Assembly (NCBI GenBank): GCA_965225985.1 | Contig: OZ245330.1 | Coordinates: 2,010,019 to 2,074,018, forward strand | Origin: a bacterium | Lineage (GTDB): Bacteria > UBA8248 | Direction: 5' to 3' | DNA length: 64,000 nt | Part shown: positions 10,300 through 19,581 of the stretch, one piece after another | How the letters are laid out: each line of letters opens with the position of its first letter | Numbering within the stretch: position 1 is the first letter of the stretch | Made by a program: the position numbers and the translations under genes | The notes under the pieces: model-generated | What the model was told of the DNA's origin: nothing | The model's database searches: none | Seen by the model: only the letters and a program-made list of their open reading frames with translations

Positions 10300-10307
10300 G
10301 CAATTTT

Positions 10308-10384
10308 TGGTACCCCCTGCGGGACTCGAACCCACGGCCTACGGATTAGGAATCCGTCGCTCTGTCCTGCTGAGCTAAGGGGGC
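10308..10384 (-). tRNA. tRNA-Arg (anticodon CCT)
   Basis: 77-nt cloverleaf read from the reverse complement: acceptor GCCCCCU/AGGGGGU, anticodon arm ACGGA-UUCCUAA-UCCGU, T-loop GGUUCGAGUCC, 3' ACCA. Confidence 0.85.
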
Positions 10385-10456
10385 GGGATTTGTGGAATTC
10401 GGCAAAACGATCCGGCGGGCTCCATTCCCGGAAAGGTGTGCACCCTTTTCGTTCCG

Positions 10457-10717
10457 CTAGGCGTCGTCGGGACTCCGCTGCCCGCCCTGGGCCTCTCCCA
10501 GCCGCCGGACGCCCCGGGCCCGCTCCAGCCGGCCGACGCGGCTCTCGAGGGCGGCGATGTGCGCGCTCGCCGCGCTCAGCTCGAGGCGCCGGAGCCAGCG
10601 TATCACCCTGCCCTTTCCCCAGCCGCCGAGGAGCATGCCCGCCAATCCTATCAGGACCGCCGAGAGGCGGAAGGAAATTTCGAGACTGACCTCCACCGCC
10701 TTGAGGGCCACCCGCAT
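10457..10717 (-). CDS. Hypothetical small membrane protein
   Basis: 86-aa ORF with one hydrophobic helix (LSAVLIGLAGMLLGGWG) followed by a coiled-coil-like tail. No family recognised. Confidence 0.3.
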   Translation of the reverse strand: MRVALKAVEVSLEISFRLSAVLIGLAGMLLGGWGKGRVIRWLRRLELSAASAHIAALESRVGRLERARGVRRLGEAQGGQRSPDDA

Positions 10718-10768
10718 CCCGGCGGCGGAGAGCTCGCGCTAAAATTTAATCAAATCCTTTAACAAATC

Positions 10769-11020
10769 TCAAATAACTCCTTCATTATTCTCTTGTTCTA
10801 CGTTTTCGAGAATAACCATCTCGGGGCCGCCGAGGAGCCCCCGTGCGGTTCTCCCGAAAACTCCGCCGCCTCCCGGCAGGCGCGCGGGCCAGCCCCCGAG
10901 GGCGCCCGCGAGCAGGAGGGCGCCGCCGCCGATTTGCATCAGGGTGAGGAGGATCACGAGGGTCCGCAGCCACCCCAGCCGGTCGGGCCGGAGCCTCCTG
11001 ATCTCCGAGAGGGCTCCCAC
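10769..11020 (-). CDS. Hypothetical small membrane protein
   Basis: 83-aa ORF with a TM segment (LRTLVILLTLMQIGGGALLLAGALGG). Sits directly downstream of apt on the same strand. Confidence 0.3.
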   Translation of the reverse strand: MGALSEIRRLRPDRLGWLRTLVILLTLMQIGGGALLLAGALGGWPARLPGGGGVFGRTARGLLGGPEMVILENVEQENNEGVI

Positions 11021-11035
11021 GGTTATGCGCCCCGG

Positions 11036-11563
11036 TCAATACTGGATGAGCGAGTGGATGGGGATGTCAGAGAGCCGATCGCGCCCGTTCAAGAAAGCGA
11101 GCTCGATGAAAAACGAAAATCCTTTCACCACCCCGCCGAGGCCCTCGACGAGCTTCACGCAGGCCTCCGCCGTGCCCCCCGTGGCGAGGAGGTCGTCCGC
11201 GATGAGAACGCTCGCCCCGGGCGCGATGGCGTCCCGGTGGACCTCGAGGCCGTCGGTCCCGTATTCGAGGTCGTAGGTCACGTGCGCCGTCTCCCAGGGG
11301 AGTTTTCCGGGCTTGCGGGCCAGGACGAACCCCGCCCCCAGCTTGTAGGCGAGGGTGGAGGCGATGATGAACCCCCGCGCCTCCGCCCCCAGGACGACGT
11401 CGATCCCCTCTCCCATATAGCGGTCGGCGAGCATATCGACGGCTAGCTGGAAGGTTTTGGGGTTTTGCAGCATCGGGGTGATGTCCTTGAAGACGACCCC
11501 TTCCTTGGGAAAGTCGGGCACGTCGCGGATGTGGCGGATGATTTCCGCGAGATCACTGGACAT
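11036..11563 (-). CDS. apt: Adenine phosphoribosyltransferase
   Basis: 175 aa with a PRTase type I fold and a PRPP-binding motif (VLIADDLLATGGTAEA). Clearly resembles Apt. Confidence 0.85.
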   Translation of the reverse strand: MSSDLAEIIRHIRDVPDFPKEGVVFKDITPMLQNPKTFQLAVDMLADRYMGEGIDVVLGAEARGFIIASTLAYKLGAGFVLARKPGKLPWETAHVTYDLEYGTDGLEVHRDAIAPGASVLIADDLLATGGTAEACVKLVEGLGGVVKGFSFFIELAFLNGRDRLSDIPIHSLIQY

Positions 11564-11585
11564 GACGCTCCTCGGCGCGGGAATT

Positions 11586-12368
11586 TCAGGGCAAAAAGGA
11601 TAACGGATCGCGGGGTTTTGTGCGATGGCGGATTTCGAAGTGGAGCTTTGCGGCTTCGGTCCGCCCGGTGGCTCCGACGCGGGCGATAGGCGCGCCGCGC
11701 CGCACCGCGTCCCCTTTTCGAACCAGGTTGCGCGCGTTGTGGGCGTAGACGGAGTGATACTCGCCGCCGGCGTGTCGGATGATGATGGTCCGGCCGTAGC
11801 CGCCGGGGCCCCAGTCGCTGAAGATCACCTCTCCGGAGGCGGACGCCTTGACCGTGGCGTTCGGGGTGGCGAGGATGTCTATCCCGTCATATTTGGTCCC
11901 GCGCCGGGTCCCGAACCGCGTGAGAATCTTCCCCCGCACCGGCCAGGAGAACTTGACCCTCTGCCCTCTCCGGCTTCGGCGCGGCTTCGATTTCGCCCCC
12001 GGCGCATCCTGCGGGGAAACGGCCCATTTCGGCCTCCGGCGCGGGGGGGGAGCCGATCCCGCGGAGGCCGCCTTGCGCTTGCCCACGGCGCCCGGGATGA
12101 AGATTTTTTGGCCGACCTCCAGCCGGTCCGGGTCGGGGATGCCGTTCAGGACGGCCACCTGTTCAATCCCCACCCGGTAGGCGCGCGATATGCCCCAAAG
12201 GGTGTCGCCCCGCTGGACGGTGTGATACACCCCCCGCCGGTAGCCCGCCCGTTGGATATCCTTCCCCAGGTAGCCGAGGCATCCTTCCAGGAGAAGGACC
12301 GCGGCCAGGGCGAGGGCGAACCGCACCCCTTGCCGCGCGCGGGTTCCGCCCGGTAGCCGCCTAGCCAT
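11586..12368 (-). CDS. nlpD: LysM-domain M23 family peptidase lipoprotein (NlpD-like)
   Basis: 260 aa with a lipobox signal (LLLEGC), a LysM motif (YHTVQRGDTLWGISRAY) and a C-terminal M23 LytM domain (HxxxD...HLHFE). Confidence 0.8.
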   Translation of the reverse strand: MARRLPGGTRARQGVRFALALAAVLLLEGCLGYLGKDIQRAGYRRGVYHTVQRGDTLWGISRAYRVGIEQVAVLNGIPDPDRLEVGQKIFIPGAVGKRKAASAGSAPPPRRRPKWAVSPQDAPGAKSKPRRSRRGQRVKFSWPVRGKILTRFGTRRGTKYDGIDILATPNATVKASASGEVIFSDWGPGGYGRTIIIRHAGGEYHSVYAHNARNLVRKGDAVRRGAPIARVGATGRTEAAKLHFEIRHRTKPRDPLSFLP

Positions 12369-13790
12369 CCGCGGCCATCCTCACCGCTTCCTCGGGATCG
12401 TCCGCCTCGAGGACGTCGGGCGGGTTTTCACGCCTTCGAAGCGCGATCACCCGGCGGCCGAGCTTCAGCCCGAGCGCGATTTCCGAAAGCGTTCCGTAGG
12501 ATCCTTCCAGGGCGACGAGGGCGGTCGCCGAGGCGGCGATGATGGCGTTCCGGGCGTGGCCCATCCCGGTGCACACGGCGACCTCGATGAACGGGTTGGC
12601 CGCGGAGGCGTCGTACCCGGGAAGGATCCCGACGGTGAGCCCGCCCGCCTCGCGCGCCCCGCGCGGGCGGCCTCCATGACCCCGCCCAGGCCGCCGCACA
12701 CGAGCACGGCCCCCCGCGCAGCGATGAGGCGACCCACCTCCCCGGCCAGGCGCGCGGACTCGGCCGAGGGATTCGAGTCTCCGATGACGGCGATGAGCGG
12801 CTTCACGGACCGGCTGCCCCATGGGCGGAGGGCCGGAAAAAACCCGGGCGGAGGTGCGGACACTTCAAAACCAATTGTATTTTCGAGCCATCCGCCCCCC
12901 GGGTCAAGGGAGATGCGGCCGCTCCGCTTTTCTCTCAAGAGGTGCCAGGCGCCCCGCTCCTTGATTTGATCATAAAGCCTCGCGACGAAGTGCTTTTGCA
13001 GCTCATCCGCCCGGTGCTTGTGAATTTCGGGGACGGGCCGCCTCGGGTCGAGCAGCCTGATCCGCCCCACCGCTTCCTCCCGGCCCATGCCCCCTTCGAT
13101 CGCCCGCCGGACGGCGCCGATCTCCTCTTCCAGGGCCTGTTTCATCTCGCCGAACACCTCCGCCCCCGCCGCCGGCCCGTGCCCGGGGACGACGACCTCC
13201 ACCTCCATCTTCTCGAAGTGATCCAGCGTTTCGAGCCATTCGAAGGGAAGCGCGTCCTGGTGCCAGATCATCGTCTTGTGGAAAACGTTGTCTCCCGCGA
13301 AGAGTACCCGGTCGGCCGGAAGGTAAACCGCTGTGTCCGCCGGAACGTGGCCGGGCATGGCGAACGCCTCGATGGTGACGTCCCCGAGGGTGAGGGTGAG
13401 GCTCCCGGCGAAGGTGATGTCGGGCTCCCGCGGCCGGTAGCCCGCCGCCATGCCCGCCCCCTCCGGGTCGATCCGCTCCGCGTACCGCTGCGGATCCTTC
13501 ATGGGGTTGGGGCCGAGGACGCTGTCCTCCCAAAATCGCGCCCGGACCTCCTCGTGCGCGATGATCGTCCCCGGCATGAAGGCGAGGCCGAAGAGGTGAT
13601 CGATGTGGTGCTCGGTGGGGATGAGGTAGCGAATTTCGCCGAGCTTCTCAACCTCCCCGCGCCACCGCCTCGCCCGGGACGGCTGGTTGGGGCAATCGAT
13701 CAGGATGACCCCCGCGGCGGTCCGGATGGCGCTGACCGTCGCGCAGCCGTCGTTCGGATCTATGAAAACGCGGGGGCTCACCTGTTCCAA
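12361..13790 (-). CDS. MBL-fold metallo-hydrolase continuous with a TIGR00725/LOG-like Rossmann domain, with the C-terminal domain interrupted by a frameshift
   Basis: The N-terminal ~300 aa carry metallo-beta-lactamase motifs (HHIDH, PGH). With no intervening stop, the ORF continues into KPLIAVIGDS...VLVCGGLGGVMEAA. The rest of the TIGR00725-like domain (AREAGGLTVGILPGYD...GSYGTLSEIALG) lies in a -1 frame (ORF 12361-12822). The frame switches near 12655-12675 at a GCGGGG run. Confidence 0.5.
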
Positions 13791-13805
13791 TGGAATGATT
13801 CCTTC

Positions 13806-14754
13806 TCATCCGTACAGGAGGTCGGCGGGATTGGTCTGCACCATCCTTCGAATGGCCTTGGGGGGAAGCCCCTCCTCCAGCAGGATCTCGATGAAGATGC
13901 GGAGGGCCTCGACGGGCGGCGGGTTGTGGAGCTGGCCCGCGTCGGAGGAGATCACGACGCGCCCGGGGCCGATCTTCCCGATGGCCTCGGCCATCTCGCC
14001 GACGGAGAGCGTCCACCAGCGCGGGGAGATCTCCATGAAAGTGTAGTTGAGCCAGGCGCCCGCCCGGGCCAGCTCCTCTTGAAGCGCGAAGGGGATTTTC
14101 AGCCAAAAAGGGTGGTCGATCACGACCTTGCGAACTCTTCTTTCCCTCGCGGCGGCGGCGAGAATCCGGATTTCGGGAGGGGAAAGGTGCCCGCAGCTCA
14201 GGATGATGCCGGCGGCGGCGACGAGGTCGAGGATGTCGTAGACCGCGGGTTTCACCTTCCCGTCCTCGCCGGTGATCTCGATGGGGGGGTGGGCCGTGAA
14301 AGCGGCCGCGGCGCCGCTCCCCTCCCCCCCCCTCCGCCATCGCGATCCCTTTGTAGCCGCCCTGCACCCCCGTCACCTCGGCGTGGTGCCTGGCGTCGAC
14401 CGTGGGCATGAAGATCTTCTTCGCGCCGTAGCGGATGGCGGTCTCGACGGCGTGCGGGTTCAGCCCCCCCACCGGATGGTTCAGGTTCAGGCTCCCGAAG
14501 ACGTCGACCCCGGTCACGAACCGCCGCACGAGGGGCATCCGGTCGGCGGTGCCCTGGTGGTGGCATTTCATGAGGACGGCGCGCATTCCCGCGTCCCGGG
14601 CCTGCCGGGCGATGTCGATGTGGTCGAACAGGCGCGCGAATACGTCCGGGGCCGAGTGAATGTGGATATCGCTCGCCCCTTGCAGGAGTTCCAGGTCTGG
14701 CCGCACGTCGTTTTTCTCCTTTTTCGCTTGATCGAATTTTTCCATTATGCCCAT
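13806..14754 (-). CDS. Metal-dependent hydrolase (TIM-barrel amidohydrolase-like), frameshifted within a poly-C/G tract
   Basis: The N-terminal part (DIHIHSAPDV...MKCHHQG...GYKGIAMAEGGGG) is in the 13648-14754 frame and the C-terminal part (…AAAAFTAHPPIEITGEDGKVKPAVYDILDL…) in the 13806-14255 frame. They join exactly at the C9 run 14324-14332, which encodes GGG. Confidence 0.5.
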
Positions 14755-14954
14755 ATTCCGCGGGGATACCCACCGCGTCTTTGGTTTGACAGGGATTTTT
14801 CGGGATTCTAATCTTCCCGGGCTTCCCCCAAGCCATTATGCAGAAGCACCTGAAAATCGCCGTTCCGAAAGTTTGGCGCATCCCGAAAGGGTGAAAATCG
14901 CAAGGAAAATCGTCGTGGTGTCCCGGCGGCACACTCCCATCCAAGGAGCAGCAA

Positions 14955-15347
14955 ATGGCCAAGCAGCCGATTCAGACCGACAAAAACCTTCCCCCCATCG
15001 GGCCTTTCGCCCAGGGGGTCAGAACGGGCAACCTCATATTCGTTTCCGGCTCGGTGGGGCGGAATCTCTCGGGGAAGATGGCGGGGGACGGGGGGATTAC
15101 GGCCCAGACCCGCCAGACCCTCGAGAACATCAAGGCCGTCTTGGCGGAGGCGGGTGCCACCCTGGACAACGTCGTGAAGGTGACCGTGTTCCTGACGGAC
15201 GTGAACGATTACGCGGCGATGAACGAGGTCCGCGCGGAGTATTTCCCGGACCCCGGCAACCGTCCGGCGAGCTCCTCCTTCATCGTCGCCGGGCTGGTGT
15301 CCCCGGAGTACAAGGTGGAGATCGAGGCCGTCGCCGCCCTGGATTGA
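14955..15347 (+). CDS. ridA: RidA family reactive-intermediate (enamine/imine) deaminase
   Basis: 130 aa with a YjgF/chorismate-mutase-like fold and conserved PARS...VEIEAVA C-terminus. Confidence 0.8.
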   Translation: MAKQPIQTDKNLPPIGPFAQGVRTGNLIFVSGSVGRNLSGKMAGDGGITAQTRQTLENIKAVLAEAGATLDNVVKVTVFLTDVNDYAAMNEVRAEYFPDPGNRPASSSFIVAGLVSPEYKVEIEAVAALD

Positions 15348-15496
15348 ACCGGGCGGGAGGATTGTCGTCCGTTGCGCTTCCGGGCATTCCGATTCGCCGT
15401 TCGCCTCCGGCCGGGGGTGTTTGGGGAAGGGGCATGCCGGCCGGGCGCGGTTGGGTTTTCTTGAAAGGAGGGGGGGGGGTGAAATTTTTTGCCGGG

Positions 15497-16409
15497 ATGA
15501 TTTTTGGTTTGCACATGATTTTGGCCGCGGCGGCCGGTCCCGGAATCGCGGCCGGCCCCGCCGGAAACTGGCGGGCGGCGGCGCCGATGCCCGAGCGGCG
15601 CACCGAGGTCGCCGTCGCCGAATGGAACGGGAAGATCTATGTCGTCGGGGGATTCGGAGGAAGCGGCGCCCTCCTGGAGTACGACGTTTCACGGGATATG
15701 TGGCGAAAGCGCGCCGCCCCTCCCCTTCCCCTGCATCACGCCGCTGCCGCCGCCGTGGGGGGGAAGATCTACGTCGTGGGCGGCTATACGGGAAGGTGGA
15801 CGCCCGTCGATGCGGTTCTCGCCTACGACCCGGCCCGGGACGAATGGGAGCGGAAGAAAAGCATGCCCACCCCCCGCGGCGCCCTCGCCGCAGGATTGAT
15901 CGGGGGGCGGATTCACGCCGTGGGGGGCGTCGGGCCGGACGGGCGAAACTCGGCCGCGCACGAGGTCTACGATCCCGGGGAGGATCGGTGGACTCGCCCC
16001 GCTTCCGACGCCGCGGGACCATCTGGCGGCGGTCGTGGGAGGCCGCCTCTACGCCGTCGGGGGCCGGCTCGGGGGGAGTTATGGCCGCAATCTGAATGTG
16101 ACCGAGGTGTACGATCCCGCGGCAAACCGTTGGCGGCGGCGGGCCCCCATTCCCACGGCCCGGAGCGGAATCACGGCGGCGGCGCTCGGGGGGAGGATTT
16201 TCGTTTTCGGCGGCGAGGCCCCCGCGGGGACTTTCGACGAGGTGGAAGCCTATGAGCCGGAAACGGACAGGTGGACGGCCTGGAAGCCCATGCCCACCGG
16301 GCGGCACGGGCTGGGCGCCGCCCCGGCGGGCGGGCGGATTTATGTGATATCGAGGGGCCCCCGGCCGGGGGGCTCTTATTCCGCACAAAACGAGGTTTTT
16401 ACGCCATAG
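15497..16409 (+). CDS. Kelch-repeat (beta-propeller) protein, frameshifted near 15990
   Basis: Repeated Kelch units ([43 protein letters not shown]) with YDP..D.W spacing. The repeat register continues from frame 2 into the 16035-16409 ORF (frame 0) around DRWT|[10 protein letters not shown]. An N-terminal signal-like segment is present. Confidence 0.6.
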
Positions 16410-16614
16410 GCCCGGGGTATCGCCCGATCCCGGCGAAGGCGATGAGCCCCACCTTCGCGCCCGGCTCGAACTCCACCAGGGCGTCCACATCGCTCCCGGG
16501 CTGGAAGTCATCCCGTAGCACGGAACCGAAGAGCGCGAGCTTGCGGATGTGGTTTTGGCGGCAAAAGTCTGCAATCCCCTCCTGCGGAATCTCGATCTGG
16601 ACATTTCCAGCCAT
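16399..16614 (-). CDS. Minimal nucleotidyltransferase (MntA-like antitoxin-type NTase), orphan
   Basis: Pol-beta NTase motif [24 protein letters not shown] from an internal Met. No HepT/DUF86 partner is detectable downstream. Confidence 0.6.
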   Translation of the reverse strand: MAGNVQIEIPQEGIADFCRQNHIRKLALFGSVLRDDFQPGSDVDALVEFEPGAKVGLIAFAGIGRYPGPMA

Positions 16615-16683
16615 CACGCCGCCCCGGCGATTCGAGGATGACCTGCCTCCCGCGCACCCGGCTGGGCCATCCATTGATTATGC

Positions 16684-16760
<77 letters not shown>

Positions 16761-16939
16761 TTCTGAACTGTTCGCAATAAACACAACAATATAAAAGTAT
16801 TATCGGTTATTTCCTCGAAAGATCATACCTTTTGTTTCTTCGCTTTTGCGCCGCCTTTGCGGTGTCTTTCATACAGCAGCGGCATCTTCGGGCACAGTTT
16901 TGAGCGCCGCTTTTTGCCCAATCGGCGGGTGAGTCAACC

Positions 16940-17035
16940 ATGATTTGTCCAGCTTGTCACGGCACAGGTTGGGACTCTGGACACCCATGCGGGTACGACG
17001 GCTGTGCCGGCGGCACCGTCTCCTGTTCCTTCTGA
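16940..17035 (+). CDS. Small Cys-rich peptide (31 aa) with a DnaJ-type CxxCxGxG zinc-finger-like motif
   Basis: ATG...TGA ORF encoding MICPACHGTGWDSGHPCGYDGCAGGTVSCSF. It lies in the low-GC spacer between tRNA-Pro and the ADH gene. It is below the 60-aa cutoff of the ORF track. Confidence 0.3.
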   Translation: MICPACHGTGWDSGHPCGYDGCAGGTVSCSF

Positions 17036-17077
17036 GAGCGCTTCCGCCCGATCCGAAACCCGAACCTGGCAGAGCCG

Positions 17078-18094
17078 TCAGGGATGAATCACCACCTTGA
17101 GCGACTCGTCCGCCTCCGCCACCAGGCGAAATCCCTCTCCCGCCTCATGGAGCGGCAAACGGTGGGTGATCATGTCTTCGACGTTGACCCGCTTCATCCG
17201 GATGAGCTCGATGGACTGCATCAGATCCAACGGAGCGGCGCCGTAGGTGGTGGAGATGGTTATCTGCTCGTGCCAGAGGCGGTTGAGGTTCAGACTCGAC
17301 CGGTGATCCGGATCGGGCGGCGCAAACAGCTGGACGACGCCGCATCGCTCGGCGCACTCGAACGCAGTCTCGGCCGCCGAAGGCGCACCGGCGCACGAGA
17401 AAACCCGATCGGCCAGCTTGCCGTCGTTCGCATCCCGCAAGGCCGAGGGCAGATCGCCCCCCGCCGGCAGGGTGCGTGCTCCAAACCTTTCGGCGGCCCG
17501 GAGGCGATATTCGCTGATGTCCGTGGCGAAGATCCTTCCCGCACCGGTGGCCATGGCGAGCTGTACGTGCAAGAGCCCCGACATGCCGCTTCCGATGACC
17601 AGGACACTCTGCCCGGGCTCGATCGCCGCCGCCCGGTGGCCGCGTACCACGCACGCCAGCGGTTCGATGAAGACGCCCTCATCGTAGGAAACCTCCTCGG
17701 GAAGGCGGAAGGTCCCAGTGGCCACGTTGATGCGGGGGATACGGATGTATTCGGCGAAGCCGCCCGGATCGAAATTCGTCGTGCGCAGCGTGTCACATGC
17801 CGTGTGGTCGCCGCGCAGACAGAAACGGCAGGCGTTGCAGGGAACGTGATGGGAGACAAACACCCGGTCTCCGACCCGGTAGTCCTCGACGCCCTCGCCG
17901 AGTTCGACGATCTCCCCGGTCACCTCATGGCCGAGCACGCGGGGGGCCGACTTGATCCGGTACCATTCCATGACGTCGCTGCCGCAGATGCCGCTCGAAA
18001 CCGCACGCATGATGAACTCGCCGCCGCCCGGTCTCGGTTTGGGGACCTCTTCGATCCGAACGTCATCGTTGCAGTAGTAGACGGCCGCTCGCAT
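17078..18094 (-). CDS. Zinc-dependent alcohol dehydrogenase (MDR family; threonine/sorbitol dehydrogenase-like)
   Basis: 339 aa starting at MRAAVYY. Catalytic Zn ligands are present (GICGSD...GHE) with a structural-Zn Cys cluster (CNACRFCLRGDHTAC) and a Rossmann GSGMSG motif. Confidence 0.8.
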   Translation of the reverse strand: MRAAVYYCNDDVRIEEVPKPRPGGGEFIMRAVSSGICGSDVMEWYRIKSAPRVLGHEVTGEIVELGEGVEDYRVGDRVFVSHHVPCNACRFCLRGDHTACDTLRTTNFDPGGFAEYIRIPRINVATGTFRLPEEVSYDEGVFIEPLACVVRGHRAAAIEPGQSVLVIGSGMSGLLHVQLAMATGAGRIFATDISEYRLRAAERFGARTLPAGGDLPSALRDANDGKLADRVFSCAGAPSAAETAFECAERCGVVQLFAPPDPDHRSSLNLNRLWHEQITISTTYGAAPLDLMQSIELIRMKRVNVEDMITHRLPLHEAGEGFRLVAEADESLKVVIHP

Positions 18095-18126
18095 GACGTT
18101 TTGAACGACTTCCGGCGAGGCCGCGC

Positions 18127-19053
18127 TCACGCCGCCCCCGGTGAACCGACCGGCTCCTCGAGCCGCATCTCCTCGAACGCCTCGCAGGCCTCGTCCGGCT
18201 TGAGGTTGCCGTGGACGACCGCGCGCACGGCCTTGATCATCGCGACGGGGTAGTCGCTCTGGAAGATGTTCCGCCCCATGTCGACGCCAGCGGCGCCTGA
18301 GTCCATCGCTCGGTAGCAGAACTCCAGCGCATCCCGCTCGGGGATTTTCTTGCCCCCGGCGATGACGATCGGCACGAAGCATCCGCGCACGACCTTCTCG
18401 AAACCTTCGCAATAATATGTCTTGACCACATCCGCCCCGTGTTCGGCGGCGATGCGTGAGGCGAGGCCGAGGTAGCGGGCGTCCCGGACCATCTCCCTTC
18501 CCACCGCCGTGATACCCAGGAGGACGAGGCCCTCTTTCCTTGCCTCGTCCGACATTCGCGCGAGGTTCATGATGGTCTCTTTCTGGTAGCGGGAGCCAAC
18601 GTAGATCGAGATCGACACCCCCTCGACGCCCAGACGCTTCGCCTCGGCCGCAGATACGGTGATCCCCTCGTTCGAGAGCTCGCGATCGACCATCTCGGCC
18701 TTGATCTCCTCGCGCAGGGCGTCCATCTCCGCCCGGTCCGTCATGCCCTGGGAGCGGATCTTCCATTCCCGCTCGAACTCGATGGGGTCGGAGTAGACAA
18801 TGCTGTTGCCCCCCGAAGCCCGGAGGATGATGGGCGCAGGGTTGTCGGGGGGGAGGCCGTTCATGAAGATGCCCTTCGTCGGACTCAGGGCGTCGCAGTG
18901 CGCCACGAGGGGCGAGAGGGTCTTAGAAGGTTGTTCCAGGCCCGTCGTCGGACCCTGAAAATAGCCATGATCCACGGCGAGCATGACGGTCCGGCCCGTT
19001 TTGGAGTTCATGATCTTCGCAAGCGGGCTTCCCGCCTTGGCAACCATCATCAC
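18127..19053 (-). CDS. Class I fructose-bisphosphate aldolase family protein (DhnA/LsrF-type)
   Basis: 308 aa overall resembling DhnA-type aldolases / DKFP-thiolase-like enzymes (Schiff-base Lys context VVKTYY, IAGG). Confidence 0.7.
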   Translation of the reverse strand: MMMVAKAGSPLAKIMNSKTGRTVMLAVDHGYFQGPTTGLEQPSKTLSPLVAHCDALSPTKGIFMNGLPPDNPAPIILRASGGNSIVYSDPIEFEREWKIRSQGMTDRAEMDALREEIKAEMVDRELSNEGITVSAAEAKRLGVEGVSISIYVGSRYQKETIMNLARMSDEARKEGLVLLGITAVGREMVRDARYLGLASRIAAEHGADVVKTYYCEGFEKVVRGCFVPIVIAGGKKIPERDALEFCYRAMDSGAAGVDMGRNIFQSDYPVAMIKAVRAVVHGNLKPDEACEAFEEMRLEEPVGSPGAA

Positions 19054-19485
19054 TCCTCTTTATCGTGAAAGAGAGTGTCGTCTGCTCGGATCCGCCGCCA
19101 AACGGCACAGACGCCCGCGAGCGGTTTCTCATAGCAGGCAGGCAGAGATCAACCCCGCCCAGCGCCCTGTTTTTTCAGGCCTATCGGTCATATTAGCCAG
19201 AATGCAGCAAGAACAAAAGTAAGTGTCAGCACAGGCACTATCACAGGTGGCATGAAGCTCTGTGCAAACCCTTCATAGCACGGCGCACGGGTCTGAGCTG
19301 CGACTCGCTGCGGTGAGCGTGCATGTCGGGCAAGCTGGAGCACGACCCATAGCAGGCAGGTATCCGTTCCCGGGGCGCGCAGCTTGATGCGCACCTTGAG
19401 TCGCTCAGAAGGGCACAAAAGAATAGGAAAGGCACAAAACCGGGGACAAAGTCTGTAAGTGTTTGATGTCTAAGGGGGCTCGCTA

Positions 19486-19526
19486 GCTCCCGAAGCAGGC
19501 GCGCTACCGGGCCGCGCTACGCCCCG
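19486..19526 (-). repeat. Partial tRNA-Pro copy (5' end to anticodon loop; 41 nt, 2 mismatches versus tRNA-Pro 16684-16760)
   Basis: gctcccgaagcaggcgcgctaccGggcCgcgctacgccccg matches the 5' half of tRNA-Pro(CGG) in the same orientation. Similarity ends inside the anticodon stem. Confidence 0.6.
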
Positions 19527-19581
19527 ATGGAAAATTTTTCACGCAAGTTTTCGCACAAAAAAGTTGCAAGGCCGTTCGTTT

